This document shows positions 17,601 through 25,135 of a stretch of 32,000 nucleotides of DNA, piece by piece. The translations under genes were made by a program, and so were the position numbers. Position 1 is the first letter of the stretch. Every line of letters begins with the position of its first letter. Origin of the DNA: Candidatus Hadarchaeales archaeon. Lineage in GTDB: Archaea > Hadarchaeota > Hadarchaeia > Hadarchaeales > Hadarchaeaceae. The DNA lies in assembly GCA_038823825.1 (NCBI GenBank), contig JAWBCC010000001.1, positions 390,001-422,000 on the forward strand. The letters run 5' to 3'. The notes beneath the pieces are model-generated. The model searched no databases. It saw only the letters and a list, made by a program, of their open reading frames with translations, and was not told where the DNA came from.

Positions 17601-20494
17601 TCAATTGATGCGGTTCCGGATGATGAATAGGTAACATAATCATAGGAAACAATTAAACTGAACGTTTTATTCCAGACACCAACTGCTATAGTATATGTCA
17701 CAGGAAACGTGTTCTCTGGGATCAATTGCCAAGTCAACTCTGGTGTGTTGTCGTTAATGTTTTCCCCATTTTCGGGCAAAATAAGAACTGGAGCTGAGGG
17801 TGGAATAGTATCAACTATAAAGTTCCAGACATCAGATTCGTTTTCTCCCCACATGTTCACTGCTATCACTTTCCAGTAATACTGACCATCTGGGAGAGCA
17901 TTTTCGGGAGGAAGAGTGTATTTGTTATCTCCGATTATTTCCAAACTGAAAACCGGAGAGCTGAAATCAAAATTATCGTCAATAACTAGTCTATGTCTCT
18001 CCGCATAAATTCCGTTCTCCCATTCAAAATCCGGCGTAGAGTTGTTCATTGCTGCGTTGTTCTCTGGAAGGTAAAGGTTAGGTTTAGTTGGCGGTGGTCC
18101 TGGACTATACTCCCGCCATAGAGATACCAGGAAAGGATAACCGCTGTTTACTGTGGAATGAATATCCCATATGTCATAGTTTTCAATATCCTCATAAGGA
18201 TTCCCCAAGAAATCCCAGGGGATTGTCAGTCCATCGCTCCATGTGTTGTCCGTATATGTCCTCACATTCTTCATATTTTCCGTGGTTTTTCCGGTTCCAC
18301 CGGCGCTTGAAGACTGTCCTGAGGTCTCATTATCCCAGAAAGAATTCGTCACCTCGCCGTTGTTGAGTCCAACAAGTCCCCCTACGAATGTATTCCCCGC
18401 AACTGGACCAACTGAATAAGAGTTTCTTATTTTACCAGAAAGAGCGCCTGATACTTCGTTTGAGCCAGCCAGTCCACCAACATACAAGCTACCCGTAACA
18501 GATCCTGATGCATAGCAGTTTAGCACCATTCCATAGTTAACGCCAACCAGTCCCCCCACGCCCTGCACACCAGAAACGTTGGCGTTTGAAAAACTTTGCT
18601 CGCAGGACCCCAGGTTAGCTCCGATAAGTCCCCCAGCATAATAGGTCGCTTGAGTGATGTTTCCAGAAGAAAAACTTTGAAAAACATTTCCAAAATAATT
18701 TCTACCAATAAGGCCACCAACATAGCTATTTCCACTTATCTGAACTGTTGCACCTGAACCGATAATCCACGCCTGGTTATCATTCCATCCCACTAGTCCT
18801 CCAACCTCCATCGAGCCGGAAACGGTTCCGAAGAATGTGGTTTGTTTGATTGTTCCTAGATTCCTACCCACAACTCCGCCAACATTAGATCCGCTACCCG
18901 AAATTGTTCCACCAAAAATTCTACATCTTTCTACGAAACCACGATTTGTTCCTGCCAAACCGCCAGCATTACCACCTTTCGTCTGCACAGTCAAGTTTAA
19001 GAGAACCACATCGAAAATCTTGGCACTATTGTCTAGTACACTAAACAGACCGACAGAGCCCAAATCCCAATCCCAATTTTCGAAAAGGTTCTCGATTGTA
19101 TGTCCATTCCCATTAAAGCTCCCGGAAAATCCTAGCCCGAAAGACGTTATCGGACCTATCGGGAAAAACCCAAACCAACCATTCCACCCCATAGTTTGCG
19201 TTGCATCTATGTTATTTGCGAGTGCAAAATGTGAAAACCGGAAATCTCGAACTTCATCGAGTTGCTCAACGTTCTCAATCAAGAATGGATCATCTATAGT
19301 TCCACTCCCGGTACCTGAGAAAACTGGTGAGACCAAAAAAGGATATCCGCTATCAATCTTCCATCTATCTCTGAATCTTGTGTCTTCATACGGATTGCCA
19401 ACAAAATCCCAAGGCCAAAGAAGTCCATCACTCCATGTGTTGTCCGTGAAAGTTCGAACATTCATCATGTTCTCTGTGGTTTTCCCCGTGCCTCCGGAGC
19501 TTGACGATTGACCGGAATTTTCAATATCCCAGAATGAGTTTAGAACTTTCCAAAAGTTAGCACCTATGAGACCACCCACGTTTGATGTTCCGACGACCGG
19601 TCCAGCGGAGTATGTGTTGATCACATAACCTAAATTGTAGCCTACAAGACCGCCGACATATTGTGTACCGCTAACTTTTGAGAGCGAGTACGAGTCGATT
19701 ATAAAACTGGAGCTATATGCATATCCAACTAAACCTCCAACATAGTTTTTTCCATTAACATTTTCTGCCGCTGCCCAGCTTGTGGAAATCTCATTTCCGG
19801 AATATCCTGCAATCCCGCCCACAGAGTTTTCCCCAGTTACATCACCGGTAAAGGAGCTATCGATAACACTTCCAACAATTGCGCCGGCTAGTCCCCCTAC
19901 ATAGTTCCTTCCTCTAACGTTTGCAGATGAACCACATTTGAGAAGACTTCCATTGCTTCCACCCACAAGTCCACCTGCATAGTCAGTTACGGTCGAAACC
20001 TGACCATCAGAAAAACAATTTTCAAGAAGGGCGTTACCTCGAAGAATCCCCGCGATTATTCCAGCACGAGAATATGCGGCTATGCTGGCGTTTTCCATCC
20101 GCAGATTTTTTATCACGACCCAATTATCAACAACTCCGAAAAGTCCAACCCTATCCTCTGTTTGTCTGTTTATGAAAAGATTGTAGATCTTGTAACCCCT
20201 TCCGTCAAAACCACCCGAGAACGGAGATGTGAGAGATCCCACCGGTTCAAAACCACGACCGCCGTTCCAATTTATTGTATCAGATGCGTCAATGTCCGCT
20301 CCAAGAGCATAATATGCTGAGGGATTATCCTTCATCGCCTGCAACTGGTAGACATCTATAATTATGTATGGATCCTCCGGAGTCCCGCTCCCTCCAGCGA
20401 AAGCGATCGCTGGGTTGACCATCAAAAGTTTTACAATCGCTGCCAGAAGTAGCAGAAGCGTTAAGAGAACGAGTTGAATTGTGAATTTTCTCAT
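14627..20494 (-). CDS. Giant cell-surface protein (1955 aa): signal peptide, two GLUG-motif modules, FN3/Ig-like repeats, Big_1-like Ig domains, C-terminal TM anchor
   Basis: Start taken at ATG 20494 (MRKFTIQLVLLTLLLLLAAIVKLLMVNPAIAFA); the ORF-track TTG 20521 lies inside an A/T box. There are about 17 copies of the (Y/N)VGGL(V/I/A)G GLUG motif. Each module ends NSFWD.E.SGQSSS.GGTGKTTENM..VRT(F/Y)TDNTWSDGL..PWDF.GNPYED...SGYPFLVS. Five modules carry P..GEN(T/I)NDNTP.L.W ... YYW(R/K)V.A.D.AGN. Then come a PTPPPPPPPTK linker and three LT.TA.L.D..G.PL-type Ig domains. The anchor is WILWVALVSVIIFVLFMIFVW followed by RRRRK. Confidence 0.85.
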   Translation of the reverse strand: MRKFTIQLVLLTLLLLLAAIVKLLMVNPAIAFAGGSGTPEDPYIIIDVYQLQAMKDNPSAYYALGADIDASDTINWNGGRGFEPVGSLTSPFSGGFDGRGYKIYNLFINRQTEDRVGLFGVVDNWVVIKNLRMENASIAAYSRAGIIAGILRGNALLENCFSDGQVSTVTDYAGGLVGGSNGSLLKCGSSANVRGRNYVGGLAGAIVGSVIDSSFTGDVTGENSVGGIAGYSGNEISTSWAAAENVNGKNYVGGLVGYAYSSSFIIDSYSLSKVSGTQYVGGLVGYNLGYVINTYSAGPVVGTSNVGGLIGANFWKVLNSFWDIENSGQSSSSGGTGKTTENMMNVRTFTDNTWSDGLLWPWDFVGNPYEDTRFRDRWKIDSGYPFLVSPVFSGTGSGTIDDPFLIENVEQLDEVRDFRFSHFALANNIDATQTMGWNGWFGFFPIGPITSFGLGFSGSFNGNGHTIENLFENWDWDLGSVGLFSVLDNSAKIFDVVLLNLTVQTKGGNAGGLAGTNRGFVERCRIFGGTISGSGSNVGGVVGRNLGTIKQTTFFGTVSGSMEVGGLVGWNDNQAWIIGSGATVQISGNSYVGGLIGRNYFGNVFQSFSSGNITQATYYAGGLIGANLGSCEQSFSNANVSGVQGVGGLVGVNYGMVLNCYASGSVTGSLYVGGLAGSNEVSGALSGKIRNSYSVGPVAGNTFVGGLVGLNNGEVTNSFWDNETSGQSSSAGGTGKTTENMKNVRTYTDNTWSDGLTIPWDFLGNPYEDIENYDIWDIHSTVNSGYPFLVSLWREYSPGPPPTKPNLYLPENNAAMNNSTPDFEWENGIYAERHRLVIDDNFDFSSPVFSLEIIGDNKYTLPPENALPDGQYYWKVIAVNMWGENESDVWNFIVDTIPPSAPVLILPENGENINDNTPELTWQLIPENTFPVTYTIAVGVWNKTFSLIVSYDYVTYSSSGTASIEVSMQLPDNLYCWFVYATDGAGNTGEWSQIRFFRVDTVPPEGPTLVFPVNGENTNDNTPTLVWNNVFENSLPIVYTIEVDNENTFSAPLVFTTTVENWSTTGTSSVTTSVLPDGVYYWRVRARDNAGNEGDWSGVWSFRIDTVAPYVVGITISDNLITESDNGGTLVITITYSENMDASVAPDIAFDPDIVSSGTLTPVSGAWISPTIYVATYDIADVDEEVLGVDIVVENARDLAGNTQVPYRALDMIDVDTYVRIPILISPVDGENINDDTPTLLWENVVDASLPVEYYAAVSDNSAFPYENASSGWITDNNWTTPNLSDGVWYWRVRARDNAGNEGGWSGVWSFRVDTIPPAAPTLVSPSDGENTNDNTPTLVWNNVFENSLPVVYTIEVDNENTFTAPLAFTTTLTVWSTTGTSSVITPVLPDGVYYWRVRARDNAGNDGGWSSTQRLTVDTTPPQIISFLINGGAAETTSSTVTITIIASDALSGVWQMRFRNEGENWSSWEDYSTTKTWQLSPGDGLKTVYGQVRDYALNESEVVWGNIQKITPTPPPPPPPTKLSTTLSIDPSAFEIFSGRSLTLTATLRDELGRPLQGMVITWLENHNLGTFNPSSGRTDENGRTTTVYTAPVVDENVYVFIMATFTETSQYYGSIGTSTGLVLSRIKTRLAIYPLEFSISSEESILLTTTLVDQDGNPLPGKPIIWSTTLGTLLENLTNTDNAGNAYVTYRAPRVLTQENTMITAYFPGDENYSPSQAVSLGYIFPQLPPSFLTISAVPRTWFGKSVELTATLMNENGVPLANRLIVWRTTHGILSKEADTTDRNGQSKVILVVPRITENVLTVTVTALFPGDIMYSRSENQLTIKVYSPIRFVFRVDNVLASNVEIYFGFEEGREINYLGRTDERGEIEVENWELFGRTVYLKAPENELVGKVVIGELPGVFDVILSRPVKIPVWILWVALVSVIIFVLFMIFVWRRRRKNASSNKAELTR
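16235..16519 (-). repeat. FN3/Ig-like module copy E (highly similar to copy at 17177-17461)
   Basis: Encodes PSDGENTNDNTPTLVWNNVFENSLPVVYTIEVDNENTFTAPL...LPDGVYYWRVRARDNAGNDGGWS. Long identical DNA stretches include gctctcaccctccagtagtatacaccgtccggaaggac and cgtgttctcgttgtcaacctc. Confidence 0.85.
17177..17461 (-). repeat. FN3/Ig-like module copy C (highly similar to copy at 16235-16519)
   Basis: Encodes PVNGENTNDNTPTLVWNNVFENSLPIVYTIEVDNENTFSAPL...LPDGVYYWRVRARDNAGNEGDWSGVWSFRIDT. It shares an exact 38-nt run (17238-17275) with 16296-16333, offset 942 nt. Confidence 0.85.
18116..20392 (-). repeat. Intragenic tandem duplication of a ~400-aa GLUG-motif module (copy 1 approx 19322-20392, copy 2 approx 18116-19321)
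   Basis: Both copies start with GSGT.(E/D)DP(Y/F).I..V.QL and end with the NSFWD..SGQSSS.GGTGKTTENM..VRT.TDNTWSDGL block. They are diverged at the DNA level but clearly homologous at the protein level. Confidence 0.75.
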
Positions 20495-20559
20495 TAATCT
20501 CACAAAAAAATAAACATGCAAAAATTAAAAATGTTTCTTCAATGAATCAAAATCTGTGA

Positions 20560-21321
20560 CTAATCCTCACACTTAACAATTATGTTTGTTCGACTTTTTC
20601 CAGATCTTATTTCATGTAACGCTTGACTTGCCAACTTTGCGGCGTTTGCGGCCCGCCTAGCCTTTCCAAGGCCTGCTTTCATCTCCACGCCGAGTTCTAG
20701 CTTGAGATCTTTCAAAATTTCTATCAACACCTTTTCATCTATGCCATTTGAAACTGCCATGAAGTTATCTCCCCCCATGTAGAAAACCATGCCTCCATGC
20801 CTTAGCATCCGCTTCATGAGAAATGTGAGTATTTCATTTATCAGAAGCTGTGTTTCGTATATTGGTTTCGTGTCTGTCAAAAGGGTCGAGTGATTGACAT
20901 CCATATGAACGATCTCGACCCAGTCCTCATCCGGTGGAACCACCGTTGTGCCCGCTAATTTGCTTTTCCGGTCTGGATTTCTAGAACTCCCGGTTGACTG
21001 AAGAGCCAGCGTTGCAGCGACTTGCGCGTCATAGGGTTTCTCGGCGCAACCGACCCCCATGCTAACCGTCACCGGAAATCTTTCAACAATTTCCATCTGA
21101 ATTCTGCGGTGGTCTTCCATCGTGAGACCGTTGGAAATAGCCAACATGTTGTCCTGTCTGGCTTGGAAGACGAGACCGCCCAGCGAAGCGAATTTCTCCT
21201 GGAGATCTGCATAAAGCCTAGACTGGAGAATCTGAAGCTCTGATTCGGGTTTGGGGCTAGGAGTAACCGTCCATGGGCCATAACAATCAACTTGTATCAC
21301 TGTTATCTGGATTTTTCGCAT
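20560..21321 (-). CDS. arfA: GTP cyclohydrolase III (ArfA; FAPy-forming, riboflavin/F420 precursor branch)
   Basis: MRKIQITVIQVDCYGPWTVTPSPKPESELQILQSRLYADL, FPVTVSMGVG, VHMDVNHST, GGDNFMAVSNG and ELGVEMKAGLG closely follow the archaeal GTP cyclohydrolase III pattern (Methanocaldococcus MJ0145-type, from memory). GGGGGAG is the SD before the ATG. Confidence 0.9.
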   Translation of the reverse strand: MRKIQITVIQVDCYGPWTVTPSPKPESELQILQSRLYADLQEKFASLGGLVFQARQDNMLAISNGLTMEDHRRIQMEIVERFPVTVSMGVGCAEKPYDAQVAATLALQSTGSSRNPDRKSKLAGTTVVPPDEDWVEIVHMDVNHSTLLTDTKPIYETQLLINEILTFLMKRMLRHGGMVFYMGGDNFMAVSNGIDEKVLIEILKDLKLELGVEMKAGLGKARRAANAAKLASQALHEIRSGKSRTNIIVKCED

Positions 21322-21384
21322 GTTTCTCCCCCTAAAGATGATGTTAAGACAATATTTATGTGCCGCGCTTGGTGAATCGTTAAC

Positions 21385-21391
21385 TTTATAT
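21385..21391 (+). promoter_or_regulatory. TATA-like box TTTATAT centred about 26 nt upstream of tpiA ATG 21414 (leaderless-type spacing)
   Basis: Lies in the 92-bp divergent arfA/tpiA spacer. The ORF-track ATG 21390 sits inside this box, which argues for ATG 21414 as the true tpiA start. Confidence 0.35.
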
Positions 21392-21413
21392 GCGGTGTTT
21401 ACCGTGTTCTTTG

Positions 21414-22097
21414 ATGTTCAAACTTCCCGCTATCGTTGTAAACTTCAAAACATACCCGGAGGCAACCGGAAAGAACGCGGTAAAAATGGCAAAAATTATG
21501 CAGAAGGTGGCCAAAAAGTACAAGGTCACCATCGCGGTTTGCCCACAGCATGCTGACGTCTTTCGGGTCGCCAAGGAGGTCAAAATCCCAGTTTTTGCAC
21601 AGCATGTTGATCCGATGAAACCCGGAAGAAACACTGGATGGGTCATACCTGAGACTATGAAGGCAGCAGGTGCAATCGGGACGTTGATAAATCATTCTGA
21701 GCACAAGCTTCCGTTAGAAGTAGTCAGAAGCACGATCGAAGCTGCAAGAAACGCTGGATTGGTTACCATCTGTTGCACAGCGGACATCGAGGAAAGCAGA
21801 AAGGTTGCCGAGTTCTCGCCAGACATCATAGCCATAGAGCCTCCAGAGCTGATAGGCACTGGAATCCCTGTTTCAAAAGCAAAACCGGAAATTGTGGCCG
21901 GAGCCGTTGAAGAGATCAAAAAGGTTAACCCTAACGTGGAGGTTCTCTGCGGAGCTGGGATAACGACCGGTGAGGATGTTGTCAAGGCAATCGAGCTTGG
22001 AACGAAGGGCGTTTTAGTGGCGTCTGGGATCGTCTGTGCGAAAGACCCAAGGGCTGCGATAGAAGACATGGTCAGAGCAGTAAGCGGAAAATTTTAA
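21414..22097 (+). CDS. tpiA: Triosephosphate isomerase, archaeal short type
   Basis: 227 aa: AIVVNFKTYPEATG, AGAIGTLINHSEHK, IAIEPPELIGTG, VLCGAGITTG and GVLVASGIV. Start at ATG 21414 (MFKLPAIVVNFKTY) matches archaeal TIM N-termini. Confidence 0.92.
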   Translation: MFKLPAIVVNFKTYPEATGKNAVKMAKIMQKVAKKYKVTIAVCPQHADVFRVAKEVKIPVFAQHVDPMKPGRNTGWVIPETMKAAGAIGTLINHSEHKLPLEVVRSTIEAARNAGLVTICCTADIEESRKVAEFSPDIIAIEPPELIGTGIPVSKAKPEIVAGAVEEIKKVNPNVEVLCGAGITTGEDVVKAIELGTKGVLVASGIVCAKDPRAAIEDMVRAVSGKF

Positions 22098-22122
22098 CTT
22101 TCTGAACATTAAATTTTTCTTG

Positions 22123-22200
22123 GCCGCCGTAGCTGAGCCTGGTTACAGCGACCGCCTTGTAAGCGGTAGATCGTGGGTTCAAATCCCACCGGCGGCTCCA
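22123..22200 (+). tRNA. tRNA-Thr (anticodon UGU)
   Basis: Acceptor GCCGCCG/CGGCGGC, D stem GCTG/CAGC, anticodon stem ACCGC/GCGGT with loop CTTGTAA (TGT), T arm GTGGG-TTCAAAT-CCCAC, discriminator T, CCA encoded. 78 nt. Confidence 0.9.
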
Positions 22201-22304
22201 AATCGGGATATAAATTTTTCGCCTAAGAGCTTTTCAAATATCTGAGACCCAAGAATCCGCATAAAAATAAAAACACCACAATTCATCCTTTAAGGAGGAA
22301 AACG

Positions 22305-22802
22305 ATGAAAATCAGATGGAAAGTTGTTGTGACTTCCCTCGTCTGTTTCCTCTCCGGAAGTCTCATTCTATTGGGCCTTTTGAGCCCATGGTACAAAGCT
22401 GGCGCCAGAACCTTTTCAGGTTTTGACCTTATCGACAATCAAGAGAGAAAGACTGGCCTTCCGGTGCTCTTCTTTACGATCACTGGCACTCTTGCAATCT
22501 TCGTCTCCGGCCTACTTGCTTGGCTGACCGATGTAGCTGACACAAAAAAACTTCTTCCAGTGGGGCTGACTCTTACAAGTGTCGGAGTGATATGCCTACT
22601 CATCCTATTGGCAAGAGGCCTTATGCTCATAGGACAAAATTTCATATACCTGCTCCCCCCGGTTTTCCCAAATGATCTTTTCCGAGGTTTCTGGATATTC
22701 GTCTCAGGAATAATCGTCGGAGTAGCATTCTGGATTTTCCTACAAACGAAGATACCAGAGAGATTCTTATTCAGCCAAGTCTCCCGAGTTTCCTCTGCTT
22801 AA
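22305..22802 (+). CDS. Hypothetical integral membrane protein (about 4 TM helices)
   Basis: 165 aa. AAGGAGG lies 8 nt upstream of the ATG. Hydrophobic helices: [82 protein letters not shown]. No family recognised. The last 32 nt overlap the convergent eL41 gene. Confidence 0.55.
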   Translation: MKIRWKVVVTSLVCFLSGSLILLGLLSPWYKAGARTFSGFDLIDNQERKTGLPVLFFTITGTLAIFVSGLLAWLTDVADTKKLLPVGLTLTSVGVICLLILLARGLMLIGQNFIYLLPPVFPNDLFRGFWIFVSGIIVGVAFWIFLQTKIPERFLFSQVSRVSSA

Positions 22803-22890
22803 GCCTTCGCATCTTCCTTCTCATTCTCTTACGCACCCATTTCCAGCGCATACGTCCCTTCTTCTTCCACTTCCTCGGTCGCTTCCCCAG
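22771..22890 (-). CDS. rpl41e: Ribosomal protein eL41 (L41e), 39 codons, apparent CTG start (or 26 aa from ATG 22851)
   Basis: Own translation of the minus strand: (L/M)[38 protein letters not shown]-stop, with 22 of 39 residues K/R. The core [18 protein letters not shown] parallels eukaryotic eL41 MRAKWRKKRMRRLKRKRRK. GGAGGTGA lies 4 nt upstream of the CTG. Too short for the ORF track. Confidence 0.7.
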   Translation of the reverse strand: MGKRPRKWKKKGRMRWKWVRKRMRRKMRRLKQRKLGRLG

Positions 22891-22894
22891 ACTC

Positions 22895-22902
22895 TCACCT
22901 CC
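22895..22902 (-). promoter_or_regulatory. Shine-Dalgarno GGAGGTGA serving the eL41 gene
   Basis: A perfect 8-mer identical to the SDs at 9118-9125, 29500-29507 (minus) and 30948-30955. It lies 8 nt after the methyltransferase stop codon. Confidence 0.55.
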
Positions 22903-22910
22903 GTAAAGTC

Positions 22911-23504
22911 TCAGATTACTGATCTTTTACCCCTAAAAAGAAAGAGTTCCTCAAACCATAATTTTTTTCTTTTGATTTTCAGCTCGAATCCCAACTCACG
23001 TAGGCGTTTCTCGGTTCGCTCCACGTTCGAGAGGGATGACTGCACCAGATAAACTTCACCGCCTGGCTCCAAATGTTTTGGAAGCTCGTCCAGGAACGCG
23101 TCTACCACAATTCTACCTTCTGGACCACCCTCGCATGCCTTCAAAATCGGATCATCACAACTGGATAAAGATGGTAGATATGGAGGATTAAAGATCACGA
23201 CATCAAACGTTCTCCCCCTTACTGGCTGAAAAAGATCTCCAACCAAGAATTCAATTGAGAGACCATGTTTCTCCGCGTTTATTCTGGCGCAATTTATTGC
23301 CTCCTCCGAAATGTCCGTTGCTGTGACTTTTCCACCCATCAACGCCGAAATTACAGCAATCATTCCACAACCTGTGCCGATCTCGAGCACTCTCTGTCCA
23401 GGAAGTATTTGCAGGTTTGACGCAAGCAGGTAAGTATCATCCGAAGGTTCGTAAACTGAAGGTAAAACTAGAAATTCCAGATTTCCGTAATAAACTTTTA
23501 TCAT
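22911..23504 (-). CDS. HemK-related / Mtq2-type N5-glutamine methyltransferase (archaeal putative release-factor methylase)
   Basis: 197 aa: [12 protein letters not shown], the SAM-binding [13 protein letters not shown] and the catalytic IFNPPYLP (NPPY). Confidence 0.8.
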   Translation of the reverse strand: MIKVYYGNLEFLVLPSVYEPSDDTYLLASNLQILPGQRVLEIGTGCGMIAVISALMGGKVTATDISEEAINCARINAEKHGLSIEFLVGDLFQPVRGRTFDVVIFNPPYLPSLSSCDDPILKACEGGPEGRIVVDAFLDELPKHLEPGGEVYLVQSSLSNVERTEKRLRELGFELKIKRKKLWFEELFLFRGKRSVI

Positions 23505-23509
23505 GCCGA

Positions 23510-24316
23510 CTACAACCTCGGGACTTGAAGTGGTAAAATCTTGTGTCTGTTTCTCCTGATTCTATCCAGAATTCTGTTAACCGTGTCTAGATCCACGCCG
23601 ACAGCAGAAGAGATCTCTTCCGCGGAAAATCCGAGTTCTTCCCCGACAAGAATTCTGTCCAGTTTGTCGTAAGGAAGACCAATCTCCTCCTCATCCGTTT
23701 GTCCCTTCCAGAGACCAGCTGTCGGCGTTTTCTTCAAAATGCTCTCCGGTACTCCCAGATGTCTACCCATCTCTCTTACTTGCGTTTTGTAGAGACATCC
23801 AATAGGCGTAATGTCGGAAGCTCCGTCCCCAAATTTTGTGAAATATCCGATTCTCAACTCCGTCTTGTTGCTTGCGCCAACCACGAGACAATTGAGAAGG
23901 TTGGCATAGTAGTAAAGAATTGTCATCCTGATTCTTGGCTTCAGATTTGCCTCCGCAAGAACGTTTTTCTCATCAAAGCCAATTATCGCCATCTTGAAAG
24001 CCTTCAGAATCTCGGAAATTTCAACCTCTCGGACTTCAATCTTCAAAATATCCGCGACCTTTTGAACATCCTTCCAATCGGCGGATTGAGTGATTCCTTT
24101 TTCAGGAATGAAAACTCCCAAAACCTTCTGATTACCCACAGCTTCGACCGAGAGGAACGCGCAAACAGACGAATCCAAGCCCCCACTCAGACCTATGACT
24201 AGTCCATCCGCCTTCGAACTCTCGAATTTTCGCTTTATGAACTCGACGATTTTTTCTCTAGCCTTTTTCACATCTATTTTCAGAGCATTTTCGATTTTCC
24301 TCTCAACCGAAGACAT
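23510..24316 (-). CDS. nadE: NH3-dependent NAD+ synthetase NadE
   Basis: PP-loop GLSGGLDSSV, NKTELRIGYFTKFGDGASDITPIG and TAGLWKGQTDEEEIG. The ATG 24316 abuts the pheA stop, with GGAGGT 6 nt upstream. Confidence 0.92.
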   Translation of the reverse strand: MSSVERKIENALKIDVKKAREKIVEFIKRKFESSKADGLVIGLSGGLDSSVCAFLSVEAVGNQKVLGVFIPEKGITQSADWKDVQKVADILKIEVREVEISEILKAFKMAIIGFDEKNVLAEANLKPRIRMTILYYYANLLNCLVVGASNKTELRIGYFTKFGDGASDITPIGCLYKTQVREMGRHLGVPESILKKTPTAGLWKGQTDEEEIGLPYDKLDRILVGEELGFSAEEISSAVGVDLDTVNRILDRIRRNRHKILPLQVPRL

Positions 24317-25135
24317 TCAGAACCTCCTAGGATATGACCCAAGAATTTTCAGCATCGCTGTCTTTTTTCTCAAGCCTTCTAGCGCTTCCTTGACGATTTC
24401 ATCATCTTCGTGGCCTTCGAAATCTACGAAAAAGAGATAATCTCCGAGGACTTTCTTAGACGGCCTCGACTCTATCTTCGTGAGGTTTATCTGCCTGTGT
24501 GCGAACTCGCCGAGAATCTCGTAGAGAATGCCCGGCCTATCCCTCTCCGTGTAGAAAACTATAGAAGTCTTGTCTCTACCGGTCCGCTGAACTTTTTCTC
24601 TCCCTAGACAGAAGAATCTGGTAAGATTCTCCTCATCCCCGGAAACATTTTCTACCAAAACCTCCAACCCGTATATCTCGGCGAGTTCCTTCGGCCCAAG
24701 AGCTGCGACCTCAAGGGAACCAGCACTGCTCACCTGTTCAGCTGCCCTCGCCGTGCTACTTACCTCAATGAGCTCTACCCTGGGTAACTTCGTTCGCAGG
24801 AACTCTCTACACTGTGATAGGGCTTGAGGATGCGAAAGAACTTGTTTTATATTGTCGAGTCTGGCTCCTTTGACGGACAAAAGAGAATGAACAACTGGGA
24901 GGACTATCTCCGCGGTCACACGAACGTCACACCAGGCGAGAGCGTCGAGAGTCTCGCCCACCGATCCCTCCCGCATGCTTTCAACAGGAACAACACCTGC
25001 ATCAACGTTTCCCGCCTCCACGGCCTTCACTACCTCCAAGATCGAAGAATAGTAAACAAAGTCTTCCTTTCCGAAATGTCTGCGTGCGGCCAGCTCCGTA
25101 TACGTTCCCCTCGGTCCAAGCACGGCAATTTTCAT
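24317..25135 (-). CDS. pheA: Prephenate dehydratase PheA (PDT + ACT domains, no chorismate mutase domain)
   Basis: MKIAVLGPRGTYTELAA, SHPQALSQC, NLTRF and the ACT region PGILYEILGEFAHRQINLTKIESRP..YLFFVDFEGH. Confidence 0.9.
   Translation of the reverse strand: MKIAVLGPRGTYTELAARRHFGKEDFVYYSSILEVVKAVEAGNVDAGVVPVESMREGSVGETLDALAWCDVRVTAEIVLPVVHSLLSVKGARLDNIKQVLSHPQALSQCREFLRTKLPRVELIEVSSTARAAEQVSSAGSLEVAALGPKELAEIYGLEVLVENVSGDEENLTRFFCLGREKVQRTGRDKTSIVFYTERDRPGILYEILGEFAHRQINLTKIESRPSKKVLGDYLFFVDFEGHEDDEIVKEALEGLRKKTAMLKILGSYPRRF

Noticed and set aside
18837-19511. 224-aa plus-strand ORF inside the giant surface-protein gene
   Set aside because: It is antisense to the GLUG-repeat region. The Pro/Ser/Lys-rich translation is generated by the complement of the Gly-rich repeats.
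12516-20559. tRNA-Ala-adjacent segment (DUF438, mscL, giant adhesin) as an integrated genomic island
   Set aside because: There is no integrase or transposase, and no direct repeat of the tRNA-Ala 3' end downstream. The genes use the same SD and TATA conventions as their neighbours.
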